A stretch of DNA of 64,000 bases. It comes from Vicugna vicugna (Eukaryota). The position numbers and the translations under genes were made by a program. Position 1 is the first letter of the stretch. Each line of letters begins with the position of its first letter. The stretch covers positions 22,477 to 86,476 of the forward strand of contig MU058769.1 of the NCBI GenBank assembly GCA_013265495.1, written 5' to 3'. The notes beneath the pieces are model-generated. The model had not been told where the DNA came from. It did not search any database and worked only from the letters and a program-made list of their open reading frames with translations. This document shows, piece by piece, positions 53,296 through 64,000 of the stretch.

Positions 53296-54659
53296 CTTAA
53301 ATCGAAAGAGGACAAAAAACGTTAGAAAAGATGTTTAATTTCCAAATTTTAAAAACCGAGACATTAATCAGAATCCTTCCTTCCGTTTTCAGCTACAATG
53401 ATGCTGCCAAACAAACCGTACTGAGCCCAGGGGCCCACCCAGTGAAGCCCTCCCACGACGACTCCCTCCCAGCCGCCCTGACTGTCTGTCCTGTTCTTTA
53501 CAGGCACAGTCAGTTTACGGCGTCGTGTCAATTGCTCGTCCAGCTCTGCGTTTCAGTCAGACATTTAGTACATGGATTCCTTTTCATATTCTTTTTCACT
53601 TATCGACTTATCTCTCTCATTTCTCTGGACAAGCTCTCTCCCTGGAGAGAACCGAACGCCCCACACAGACCCCGCACTGCCGCCTGGTCCGCATCTCCGA
53701 GACTGACCGGCATTGCCTCCACCTGGAACCGCGTCGACACAGATGGGCGCCCGTCTCTCTCATTTACCTGAAAATTGCTCAAGAATCACCTCCTACCCTG
53801 TCCTCAGATCCACCTCTCAGTCAGGTCTACTTTACCCTGACTCTCCTCAGCCTCTCCAATCTTACCAACGTGTAACTGTAAACACGTCGAATATTTGAAT
53901 ATTCTCCACAACTTACAAGTGATCTCTTTTTACTATTACTAAACCACTCTGCTACTTCTTTCCTAGCATTTATGAACATATTTTGAGAAGCAGAAATCAT
54001 TAGTATTTCTTGCAAGCAATTTTCTCTCCCTACTCACTACATTTTTTTCCTTTTAAACGTAAAACTACGTTACAAAAAAGATCTCAGTGTAACCCTTTTT
54101 CTCTTCCTGGGCCTGGGAGGCAAAGGTGAGTGAATGTGCCCTTTTTTCGGAAGAACTGAGACCCATGAAGGGAACCTCCCCCAGCGGCCGTGGACCAGAA
54201 GCTCCAACAGGCAAGAAGCCCTGAGCGGAGAGGGTCGCCTCTCCACCCTGGACCCCCCGAGCGGTGGTCCTCAGTTTCCCCCAGCAGAATCAGCACCACC
54301 AGGCACTGATAAACACGCACGGTCTCAGACCCCAGCTCAGAGTACTGCAGCAGAAAGAGCGGTGGGTTCACACGTCCCCCAGGCAACTGTCCGCAGCCAG
54401 AGTCGCAGAACCACCGCGTGAGAATGCCTGCATGACTGACCGTGTGCCTCACAGTCCGTGCAGAGCAGTTGTGTGAGAATGTTCCTTCTCAGCAGGTGCT
54501 TCCCGCCTTCCTTGTCATGGAAGAAAATGGGTGCTTGACGGTGTAGCCTCACCCTCAGGTGAGTCAGCGACCGCTGAGTGTGAGTCGCCCTTCCACCACG
54601 TGACTGCCAACATGAACGAGCCGGGCACGTGGACCTCACGGCGACTCTGGACTCGCGGG

Positions 54660-54870
54660 GCTGTGCTGGCCAACACCACTGTCACTACCAGACATGACCA
54701 TCTGGATTAACATTTAAAATGCACAAAATGTTAAATTCCACTCCTTGGCCGCACTGGGCCGCACTGTGAGCGCTCACCCATCACCTGTGGCTGTGGCTGT
54801 GGCTGTGACAGGAGCCACGCAACCATAAACCAGCCTCACCCCCACAGAGCGTGCCAGCGGACGGTACCCA
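54660..54870 (-). mobile_element. MER3-like hAT element, GC-shifted
   Basis: ctgtgctggccaacacc...taaattccactccttggccgcactgggccgcac...cacctgtggct. Confidence 0.5.
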
Positions 54871-56479
54871 TGTCCCTGACGGGTCAGACCGTCCAGGAAG
54901 ACGTTTCCAGGGTGTGTCGGATTGAGAACTAGGCCCCGTAAATCTTGGCTGACAGCACGGAGAATTTAGGGATTAGAAAGGAAAAAACAGTACAGGATAA
55001 CGTAGTGATGCTGAAAACAATAGTTCACACGATGCAGTAAAAGTTTGTAACTGTTTCAGAGTTAAAGCCTTAAAAAAGATCACAGCCTTCCTCGCTCAAC
55101 AAGTCACGTACAGCAGAAAAACAATCAGAACAAGAGAGAAGGATTTTCACGAAGGGTGAAATCAAAGTGCTGCATAAACAGAAGGACAGACTCTGTATTT
55201 ACCAATCACGTGTGTCACACAGCCATGACCTGCCGCTTTAACTTCCACGTTATAAGCTCTGTGTGTCTCAGGCTTGAATGCTCCCTCCTGTTGCTGGCTA
55301 GCCGAATTCCAGGGCTTCGGCCTTGGCTGCACGTCCTCACTGCTGGTATGAAGGCGGGGGGTTGGGTGGGGGGAACCTCAGTGAGATCAAATGAAGTCAT
55401 CCTTTCTTCTCCAGTAGCTCTCAGTGCATGACACCATAAATCCGCCCTTGAAAATGTTATTTACAACCAGGGAGTCTTGTAAGACACCCACATTTCGGAG
55501 ACTTGCTATGTCCTATACAGGCAGCCTTTAACCTCCCAATTTTAACTGGCCTCTTGCATACTAACATGTTCTGGTGGTAACAGTTAAAGCCACATCTATT
55601 TCCTGAAGACTATTTGTTCACATGGATTTCTGTGAGGCCAGGGGCTATATGACAGTGCCCTCTCACCTCATGAACACATGAAATAAAACTATGCTTTTGC
55701 AGATGTCTGGCTTGTACAAGAGTTTGACACTGATCACTTAGATGAAGAAAGGCCACACCAACTCTGTAACACGATCCCACTTCTAGGTGATCACAGTTAC
55801 CAGTAACTCTGCTCATTGATTTATACAGATTTTTGATAAATCCTGCCAAACTGAATTTCAATTCAACTCAACAAATATTTATAGTGCACCTACATGCAAG
55901 CACCAGAGGGAAGACCACGAGCTGAGTCAACAGTTTATCCCACGTACGTGTAAGCACCCACACGACAGGGGTTTCCCATCGTTTTCTATCAGATGAAGCA
56001 CAACTGCAATCACATTCACTATAAAGATCACACACCTGTATCAGCACAACAGTGAGGTGCCCACAGTGCCCAGGACATGCTGGGGACACTGAGTGCTTAT
56101 TAAGTGCGAGACACTCAGCTCTCACGTGTACTGACACTTTTGATTCTCCTAACAACCTCGTGACATGGATATATTTATAAAAAAGAAAAGGCAGCACAGA
56201 AACGGTCAGTCATCTTACAGTTAGAAACCCAGGAAGACAGAAAAGAGATAGATGGATGCTGGGGCAGTGGGAGGAATGGGAGTCAGTGCTTAATGGGTAA
56301 GATGGAAAGAGTTATAGAGACGGACGGTGGGGATGGCAGTCCAGCACTATGAACATATTCAACAGCACTCAGCTGTACCCTTGAAACAAATTACGATAAT
56401 AAATTTTATGATATGTCTGTTTTACCACAATAAAAGAACTGGAAAACAAAATAGGAACCCAAATGACAGAGGAATAATT

Positions 56480-57260
56480 CTGTGGTATTGTGTTTATGTT
56501 AAGAAATATATACATGGTCTTTGTCCAGTTCTTGGCACATAGCTCCTAAAATCCTTGGAATTTCCTAAGTGGTAAGAGCAGAAGGTATCTTTTGTTGTTC
56601 AAAACAAGCCCCTTTCAACCACACCTGAATTTATGTTAATGGTTGATGAGGGGACTTGTGGAAGGCACCTAAGGACGGACGGGTACCCCCAATGATAGGG
56701 TAAAACCCTCAATCCCACTCCCCTCCCCACCCAGGAGAAGAAGGGGCCTGGAAGCCATCACAAAGGGCCACTGATGTGACTGATCATGCCTATGTAATGA
56801 AGCCTCTGTAAAAACCCAAAAGGACGGGGTTCAGAGAGCTTCTGTGCTGGGGAGCACGTGAGAGACAGACCCTAGTTCCACGGGGACAGAAGTCCTGCAC
56901 TTGGGACCCTCCGGGCCTCGCCACATGCACCGCTCCTTCTGGTTGTTCGTCTCTATCCTTTACTGTCTCCTTCGTAACAAACTGGTGAACATAAGTCAAT
57001 GTTTCTCTGAGTCCTGTGAACCGCTCCAGCAAGCCCAGTAATCCAACCAGAGGAAGAAGGGACCTGGGGAACCTGTGATTTTATAAGCTGGTGGGTCAGA
57101 AGCACGGGTGATAAGCGGAGTGGGGGCCATCCCATGGGAGACCATGGATCTGATGCAGTCTCCAGGTACAAGGGTCAGGCCTGAGTGGAACTCTGCAGGA
57201 CACACAGAACTGCTTGGTGTGAGGACGCTGCCAGACTCTGGGTGATGAGAAGTGTGGGAA
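56480..57260. mobile_element. MER21-like LTR
   Basis: ggtctttgtccagttcttggcacatagctcctaaaatccttggaatttcc, gatcatgcctatgtaatgaagcctc and gtttctctgagtcctgtgaaccgctccagc. Confidence 0.75.
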
Positions 57261-57458
57261 GTCAGGCATTAAATGCTAAGAGGAAACACAGAAGGAAAGC
57301 TTTCCCTCCTACAGAGGCACAAGCGAAAGCAGACAGGACGGGAGAGGAAGGGGACTCGGTGCGGCGGGGACGGTTCTCCTCCGGACAGAGGGGACAAGTT
57401 CCAGTACGCGCCGAAGTCCTACTGCTCAGTGTCAGTCACACAGTGAAAACCTACCTAC

Positions 57459-57659
57459 CTGAGGGGAGAGAAACTTCTCCACGCGTTTGGCTATCAAATC
57501 CTTCTCCAGGATGGAGTGGACGGACGGTCTGTCCCTAGGATTCCTTTTAAACAACTGACAGAGCCAACTGCGGAGGTCGTGGGAATGATGCAGAGACACA
57601 GGCGGGAAAGACCTGGAAATTACCTTCAGCACCAGGTTCTTCATGCTGCCAGCTTCAAA
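57459..57659 (-). pseudogene. NEK1: NEK1 exon ([15 protein letters not shown]...EKFLSPQ)
   Basis: 201 nt, open, AG/GT; overlaps ORF 57432..57644. Confidence 0.95.
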
Positions 57660-58210
57660 CTAAAACCCAGAAAACAAACGAACACGCATGAAAACACTGG
57701 TATCGAAAATGGGAGCAACAACAACAAGAAACAGTTCTTTTCCTATCGATAAAGAACAGAAACACAGTCCTCTTCCCAGAACTTCAACCAGCATACGTTC
57801 CCAGAGCAAGGTTCACTTGGCTTCTTATAACAACATTCCAAAGGGGAATACAAGCCTCATCAATGGGAACACATACTTTAGGATTAAACACAATGTAAAC
57901 GCTAATTAAAGTGGGGGTGGGGTGGGGTGGTTTAAAATCTAAAGATTTCATTTTGAAAGGACAATTGAGCTGCTGACAACTCAGCTAAAACAGTATACAA
58001 CAGCTGTACACTGTCAATGTATTCTTAATATACACGTTAAGAAAACAAAATATGCTATAAATTAGGCACTGGTGATTACAGCAAGTATAAAAGAGTTCTG
58101 TTAAATGCTGAATTCTCCTAGCAGTTAAAATATATTGATTTTTTAAACATAGAGATACTACAGGTACTTTTTCACATAATTTAAGAAACACTCAAGAAAC
58201 TCTCACTTAC

Positions 58211-58265
58211 CGCGTGTTTAAGTGTGCACATCTCGCAAAGGACGCAGCCCAGAGTCCAGGCATCA
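58211..58265 (-). pseudogene. NEK1: NEK1 exon (DAWTLGCVLCEMCTLKHA)
   Basis: 55 nt with AG/GTAAGT boundaries; kinase subdomain IX. Confidence 0.9.
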
Positions 58266-59849
58266 CTAGAAAAGAGAATAACGAGACCTTCTCTCAGCAT
58301 CAGAATTTACATAAAATGTTTTTCATTTAAAGGAAACAGAACCATCATGAAAATGCTCTGCAAAAATATGTGTTCCATAAAACATGTCCTTTCCAACTTG
58401 AAATGTCAACCATAACCAAATGACAATAGCAGTTATCCAGATTAGAAAAGTAAGTTTCCCAAGTAATGATTTTTAAAAGTTTCTTTCAAGAAATCTAATA
58501 TTTAAAATGAATCACTATGCTGAACACCAGAAACTAACACTGTAAATTAACTACACATTAATACAATTTTTTAATTTTTAAAAATTAAAAAAATCTAATA
58601 TTTTTAAAAGAACAAAATTAGTACATTTTGCAGATGTTTCATTTAATTTTGCAAAAATCAAACTGTTTTATTCAACTATTTGCAAAATGCCATGATTCTT
58701 AAAATAGCATAAAATAGTATAAAAGCAAAATACTGCTTTAGTGAAGAAGAAAAATTAATTTACCAAAATTAAATCCAAAACAACCTGAGACTATTAACTG
58801 AAATACTATGTAAGGGTAAATACATTCATCTTCTCCTAATTTAAAGGCTTCTCTACACTATTTACTTTATCCATGGTCTCTTCCTCTCTTGTATCTTAAA
58901 TTAACAGGTATGTTTATAATTTAAAAAGAACTACTTCTATGTTTAAAAGGAAAAAAAAACCCCTCACTCTCACAATTCAGAGCAACAGTGGTCCTTAAAG
59001 GTCAAAAAAAGTAAGAAACACTGCTCCTGGAAGTTGAACCCACTGGAAAAGAGGATAAGCCCATTATTAAAATCCTAAAGTTATCTTTAGCCAAACTCTC
59101 ACAAAAATCTACAAATATAAACCTTAAACCCCAAAATCTGTTTAATTTTAAGATACAACTGGGAAAAAAATGTAAATGTAATTAAGCCTTTTATTAACGT
59201 GCACATGTTACAAACTAAAAGCTATGAACAGAAACACTGAACTAACGATCTTATTAGTAAAACACTTTAAAATACATTTGGAAAAACAAGAATTTCAAAG
59301 TATAATGGATGATGCTCATCCACTGCATTTCTAAGCATTTTCCCCCCAAAATAAACTTTATATAAAATTGTCCAAGGGATGATTAAATCCATCCCAAATT
59401 TAAAGACTAATATTTTCACAGCTGACTCATCCACACGACACAGAAACAGCATTAAATGTAAAATTATTTTAGCAAAGAAACTACTACTACCCTTTAGAAT
59501 ATCCACTACTAATACACTCCAGGGACTGGACTGATCATTGCAATTTAAACTGATGGTAAATATACTGCTCAGGTGACGGTCTGAGCCTCTACTGCCCAGG
59601 TCGGAGACGCAGCTCCCTCCCTTCCCAAAACAGGGGCCCAGACAGCCAGAGCAGCGACCACAAGGACAGGACTGCGGCCAGCTTCCACTGCCCTCAATTA
59701 AGCTTCTGTGGGTGCTTTCAAAGGTAAGACCACTTTTCTTGGCTGGGATTTTAAAATCAGTGTGCGTGAGAGAAAATAAAGGGCAACTGGAGCTCAGTGG
59801 CTGAGCTCCTCTTCCCGACACACACAGTACAGCGTCTGCCCGGGGCCTC

Positions 59850-60060
59850 CCACACCGCAGCGAGCAGGGATCCAGGCCTGGGGGCCGGACGCCTGGGACC
59901 CTGCAATTACTTTCCCTCCCTCTGAGTTTGTCTCCTCGTAAGGAAAGGAGGAATGATTAATACCTACAACTCACAAAGTTACTGTGAACACAAAAGGAGT
60001 TAACACACAGAAAGCATTTTTAACAGTGTTCAGTCAATACTAACTACTATAATTCAACAG
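59850..60060 (+). mobile_element. MIR SINE
   Basis: ttactttccctccctctgagtttgtctcctcgtaaggaaaggag...tacctacaactcacaaagttactgtga. Confidence 0.6.
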
Positions 60061-60331
60061 GAGGTGACTATTACAAAGTGAGAGACACAGAAAGCAATCT
60101 ATGTCTCATTGTAATTTAAATAATAATTCTTTCTATAGTTCCTTCAGTAAGATAGTGAAATAGCTTCTTCACAATTTCCCTCATATACAGAAAAAGTGTA
60201 TCTGTAGATATATATATATATGTTTACACATGTGAAATATTGACTTTAGAATAATATTCTGAAAGTTAATAAATACAGTGTAACAGAGAAAGACTTGAAA
60301 TACATCAAGTAATGAGTATCATTTTAAGTAT

Positions 60332-60418
60332 CTGTTATTATCATAAGGTTTGTTTTCACAGATTTCAGGTGACAAGTAGTACGGGGTCCCTACGCAAATT
60401 CGAGCCAGCTGCACAGTG
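60332..60418 (-). pseudogene. NEK1: NEK1 exon, activation loop ([28 protein letters not shown])
   Basis: 87 nt with an AG acceptor; the donor reads AT. The activation-loop Thr (ARTC) is replaced by Ile. Confidence 0.92.
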
Positions 60419-60550
60419 CTGCAACAGAAAGAGAGACAGTGGAGAAGCCTGAGACACTTAAAGATGTCATAAATTACCACAAGTTCATAAGCATGGATTA
60501 AAATCTCACTGAAGACATTATCCCAAACAGAAGTTTAAAACTGACATCAA

Positions 60551-60618
60551 CTATTAAGAACTCTAGCCATTCCAAAGTCTCCACGTTGTACTGCCCCATT
60601 TTTGGTTAAAAATATGTT
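60551..60618 (-). pseudogene. NEK1: NEK1 exon, DFG motif (NIFLTKNGAVQRGDFGMARVLNS)
   Basis: 68 nt with an AG acceptor; the donor reads TT (lost). Confidence 0.9.
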
Positions 60619-60699
60619 CTATAAACGAGACAGAAAAAAACCCAGAAATACTGCTGCAGGCCAGTTCTGAACTGATGACTTCCGTCATAAAAATGAATC

Positions 60700-61060
60700 C
60701 GGTTAAAAAGTGAAACCGCGGTAACTGGATCTCCAAATGCTAAAGAACGAATGTAGACCCCTATCACACACCATATGCAAAAATTAACTCCACAACCATT
60801 CCAGACCTAAATACAAGAACTGTAAGACTCCTGCCTTCATGCCACTGGGTTACATGCTGATTTCTTAGATATGGCACCAAAAGCACAAGCAAAAACAAGA
60901 AAACATAGATAAGCTGGATTTCATCAAAATCAAAAACTTTTGTGCAAAGGACATCAAGAAAGTGAATATATAACCCACAGAATTCAGGAAATATTTGCAC
61001 ACCATGTATCTGACAGACAATCTGTATCTAGAATAAAGACCTCTTGTAACTCAGTAACTA
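60700..61060 (+). mobile_element. L1 ORF2 fragment
   Basis: cacaccatatgcaaaaattaactc and ggatttcatcaaaatcaaaaacttttgtgc. Confidence 0.8.
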
Positions 61061-62129
61061 CCAGATAAGGCTGTTATACAGCAGGCAGTCACCAACCACG
61101 TGACCCCGCTTACACAGAGCGTCCAGGGAAGGCACATCCACAGACAGAAAGTGCGCTCCCGACTTCCGGGCGCCATCATCCAACAGCACGGCCAGGAGCT
61201 CCTGGGCAACGTGAACTGACCCCACTGTCAGCACGAGGTGTGAGTCAAGCAGGCGCTCACAGCCACCAGCAGCCAAGGCAGGGCTGAGGGGAAGGCGCTA
61301 AAATGGTCTGAGACGGGAGCTGGCGGCAGAGGTTGGGAGACAGCATATTCATTTCTTCCTCTTCTTCCCACTGCTCTTCCTGGGCTCTCCAGGTACAGAA
61401 GAAGGGGCGTCCAGAGGAAGGAAGACAGACGCATCGCCTTGACACCAGGAGACAATGCCCCTGCACCAAACTCTGGGGACTGAGAGCCCCAGCCAGGCAG
61501 CCATGAAAGAAATCCTGATGCAAAGATGAGCAAGCCGTGGGGACATCCACCCCCATCCCTACCCCCCAGCAAAATCCAATACACATGAAGAAATCGAATA
61601 CAAAGAAAAACAACCAACAAAATAATCAGAACAAAAAGTCACTCCAGAATTAATTTTATACAACAAAAACTCTGAAGTAAATATATTTAGATAATAGCAA
61701 AGAAATCACTGAAGAAATCAATATGCATTTGAGAAGAACAAGACATTATGAAACAGAAACCAATTACAGTAAGAACAGATAGACGTGAAAAGCCATTTAG
61801 GCATCTTGGAGAGACAGACACAGTCATTATAATAGAAAGGGAAAGAGATGAGATAAGCACTAGTTTACACAAAATCAGAAAGGCGCTTAGTTAGTTAACT
61901 GGAAGGAGGCTGAAAAATTCATCTTGAATACAACTGAGAGAAACAGAGATAAAATGTGAAAGAACAAGATACCTGAAGGGACAGATTAAGAGGCTCCAAC
62001 ACCTCTCTAGAAAAAAACCCAGGAGATGACCATGAAAGTAGCCACTGAGGAATACTGCCTGAAAAAATACAGCTAAACATTGTCTAGAATATTTCTAAAG
62101 GAAATACACATTCTCAAAATAGCACAGAA

Positions 62130-62258
62130 TGGGAGGGTACAGCTCAGTGGCAAAGTCCATGCTTAGCATGCACAACATCATGGGTTCAATCCCCAGTATC
62201 TCCGTTAAATAAAAAGTAAATAAATAAACTTAATTACCTCCACTTCCCTCCCCCACAA
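62130..62258 (+). mobile_element. tRNA-derived SINE (vic-1-like) inside an old L1 ORF1 remnant (~61600-62560)
   Basis: gggtacagctcagtgg...gcttagcatgcac...gggttcaatccccagtatctcc. Confidence 0.82.
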
Positions 62259-62766
62259 AAGTACACAGCACAATGGATAAAAGCAGAGCCTCACTAACGC
62301 ACAAATTTCTGAGAAATTTCAGAATGGGGACAGAGAGGATATCCTACAGTCAGCCAGAGACAAGAAACAAGGGCAAGAAGCCATGAATTCCTACACAGCA
62401 ACGCAAGAAGCCGAAAGACAAATGAGCAACATCTTCAAAATTCTGTAGGAAAACAATTGCCAGCTTGGAAGTTTATATCCAAATTATCACTAAGATAAGA
62501 AATAATGTCATCTCCAAATACACAATCTCTCAAAAAAAAATACACCTTCCACACAATCGTTTGTTTGGATTTTTCCATCCTAATGAGAGAGGAAGCCAAG
62601 AAAGAGGAGGCTGCCTGCAAGGAGGATTCCTGGGTTATAGGGGAAGGGAGCAGTGATAGGGAGACAGACAGTCTGATCCAGATGCCATCCAGCCCACACA
62701 GTCCGGCCCGAGACAACGCCCACGTCCACGACCACCTAGAAGGCATCAGTGACAGAATCAACATGC

Positions 62767-62848
62767 CTGTGATTCTATGTCTCAATGAAGAATTTTTACG
62801 TTATGTACATGCTTCAGGGCCAAACATCTGTACAAACCCATCCAAAAT
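62767..62848 (-). pseudogene. NEK1: NEK1 exon, catalytic loop (ILDGFVQ//LALKHVHNVKILH*DIESQ)
   Basis: AG acceptor at 62849-50. Apparent 2-nt deletion after VQ. The HRD Arg codon is TGA (62782-62784). The donor is GC. Confidence 0.9.
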
Positions 62849-63379
62849 CTTGGGGGGTGGGGAATCAGATCCGTCATTTTTTTTTTAATTTACCTTTCAC
62901 AGTAAGTAGTCTTTCCTTGATCATTAAAAGGACTCAGGAATATTTGGGACAAAGAGAATTAAATCCTTAAAATAATTAGGCTGCAATTTTTAATTCCACG
63001 GTAATTAATGTGAATAACATTAAGTAGATATTCAGGCCAACTGACGTACATACCGTGTACGGTGCCCGTGCTAAGTCTGAACGGAGGACGCTGCTACTGA
63101 AGGATCCCTACAAGTCAGAATGCACAGGGAAAGAAGTTTCCCGAGAAGAGTGGAAAATGGAAATACTCCATGTTGTAGGAGAGTATGACGATGAGGGACT
63201 GTCCTTCGTTGTTAAGTGTAACTTTTCTATATAAGTAGAAACCACAAGAGGAAGAAGTCAGGCTGGAAATTTGGGCAACATCTCTGGCTTTTCCCTCTCC
63301 CCTCATTCATCACATATAAACACACCCTCGGGAGCTGGCCACTTGAACATAAAAAGGCTGAATAGCCACCTCACTCCTA

Positions 63380-64000
63380 ACACCACAACAATTCCAAGTA
63401 GACAGCATTTTTAAGTATGCAAAAATGAAACTGTAAAATGAAGGAAGAAAACACAGGGCAATTTTCTATACTCTTTGGTTGAAGCAGGACTTTCAAAACA
63501 TGATACGAAACCCACAAGTCACAAGGAAAGGTGACTATATACATTTTAAAACAGCTGGATGGCAAAACATATAATTAAGCTTAATGATTATCTGAGAAAA
63601 TACCTGCAACAAAACTGATAGATTATTAGTTCTCTGGGATACAACAGTTCTTCAAAATTACTGAGAAAAACACCGGCAGCCACAGTAAGAGGTGGACAAA
63701 AGATGGGCAAGGTAAGTGACGGAGGAAATGAAAGCCGATAACACATAAATTACACACAACTCTCCCCCAAATCAAAAAAAAGCAATTAAAACAAGGTACC
63801 ATGGTAACCTGACAAAACTGAAGTTATAAACAGTGCTGGTCAATGTGAGGAAGCCAGTCTCTGCACACCCTGCTTGTGAGAAAGCTGATTACAGTTACTT
63901 GGCAAAGAATGTAAAAATTTTACCCTCACCTACCATTTGAAAGAGTAGCTGCAATTTCGAATTTATCCTGCAGAGAAAGTGTCACAAACATGAACGGAGC
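63380..64000 (+). mobile_element. Old L1M ORF2 3' remnant
   Basis: Degenerate L1 motifs (caacaaaactgatagattatt, ggacaaaagatgggc, gtgctggtcaatgtgagg). Confidence 0.6.

Noticed and set aside
55400..55417. Short minus-strand match (TGEER) to the missing NEK1 exon
   Set aside because: It is in the wrong exon order and has no flanking homology or splice sites; probably chance.

Overview
Mammalian genomic DNA, probably a camelid (six copies of a tRNA-Ala-like SINE resembling the camelid vic-1 family; this is inference). No intact protein-coding gene is visible. The window is a mosaic of at least two unrelated blocks. Block 1 (~3.3-31.7 kb) is AT-rich and holds four disrupted olfactory receptor genes of the OR6C/OR2AP1 cluster (OR6C2-like, OR6C4, OR6C68-like, OR2AP1). 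Block 2 (31.73 kb to the window end) is an intron-containing, unprocessed NEK1 copy on the minus strand with 17 recognisable exons. Its kinase and basic-region exons carry a stop codon in the HRD motif, frameshifts and lost splice sites. The copy is cut off in the middle of an exon 37 bp past the OR2AP1 stop codon, which marks a rearrangement or segmental-duplication junction. The coiled-coil exons next to the junction remain open and in frame and could splice into a kinase-less chimeric ORF of about 242 aa (hypothesis only). Also present: L1, L2, MIR, MER21/MLT LTRs, Tigger1/MER33/MER3 DNA transposons, a templated MIR copy inside Tigger1, an apparently perfect 268-bp tandem duplication, and two assembly gaps. 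Gene and repeat family assignments rest on recalled sequences, not database searches.
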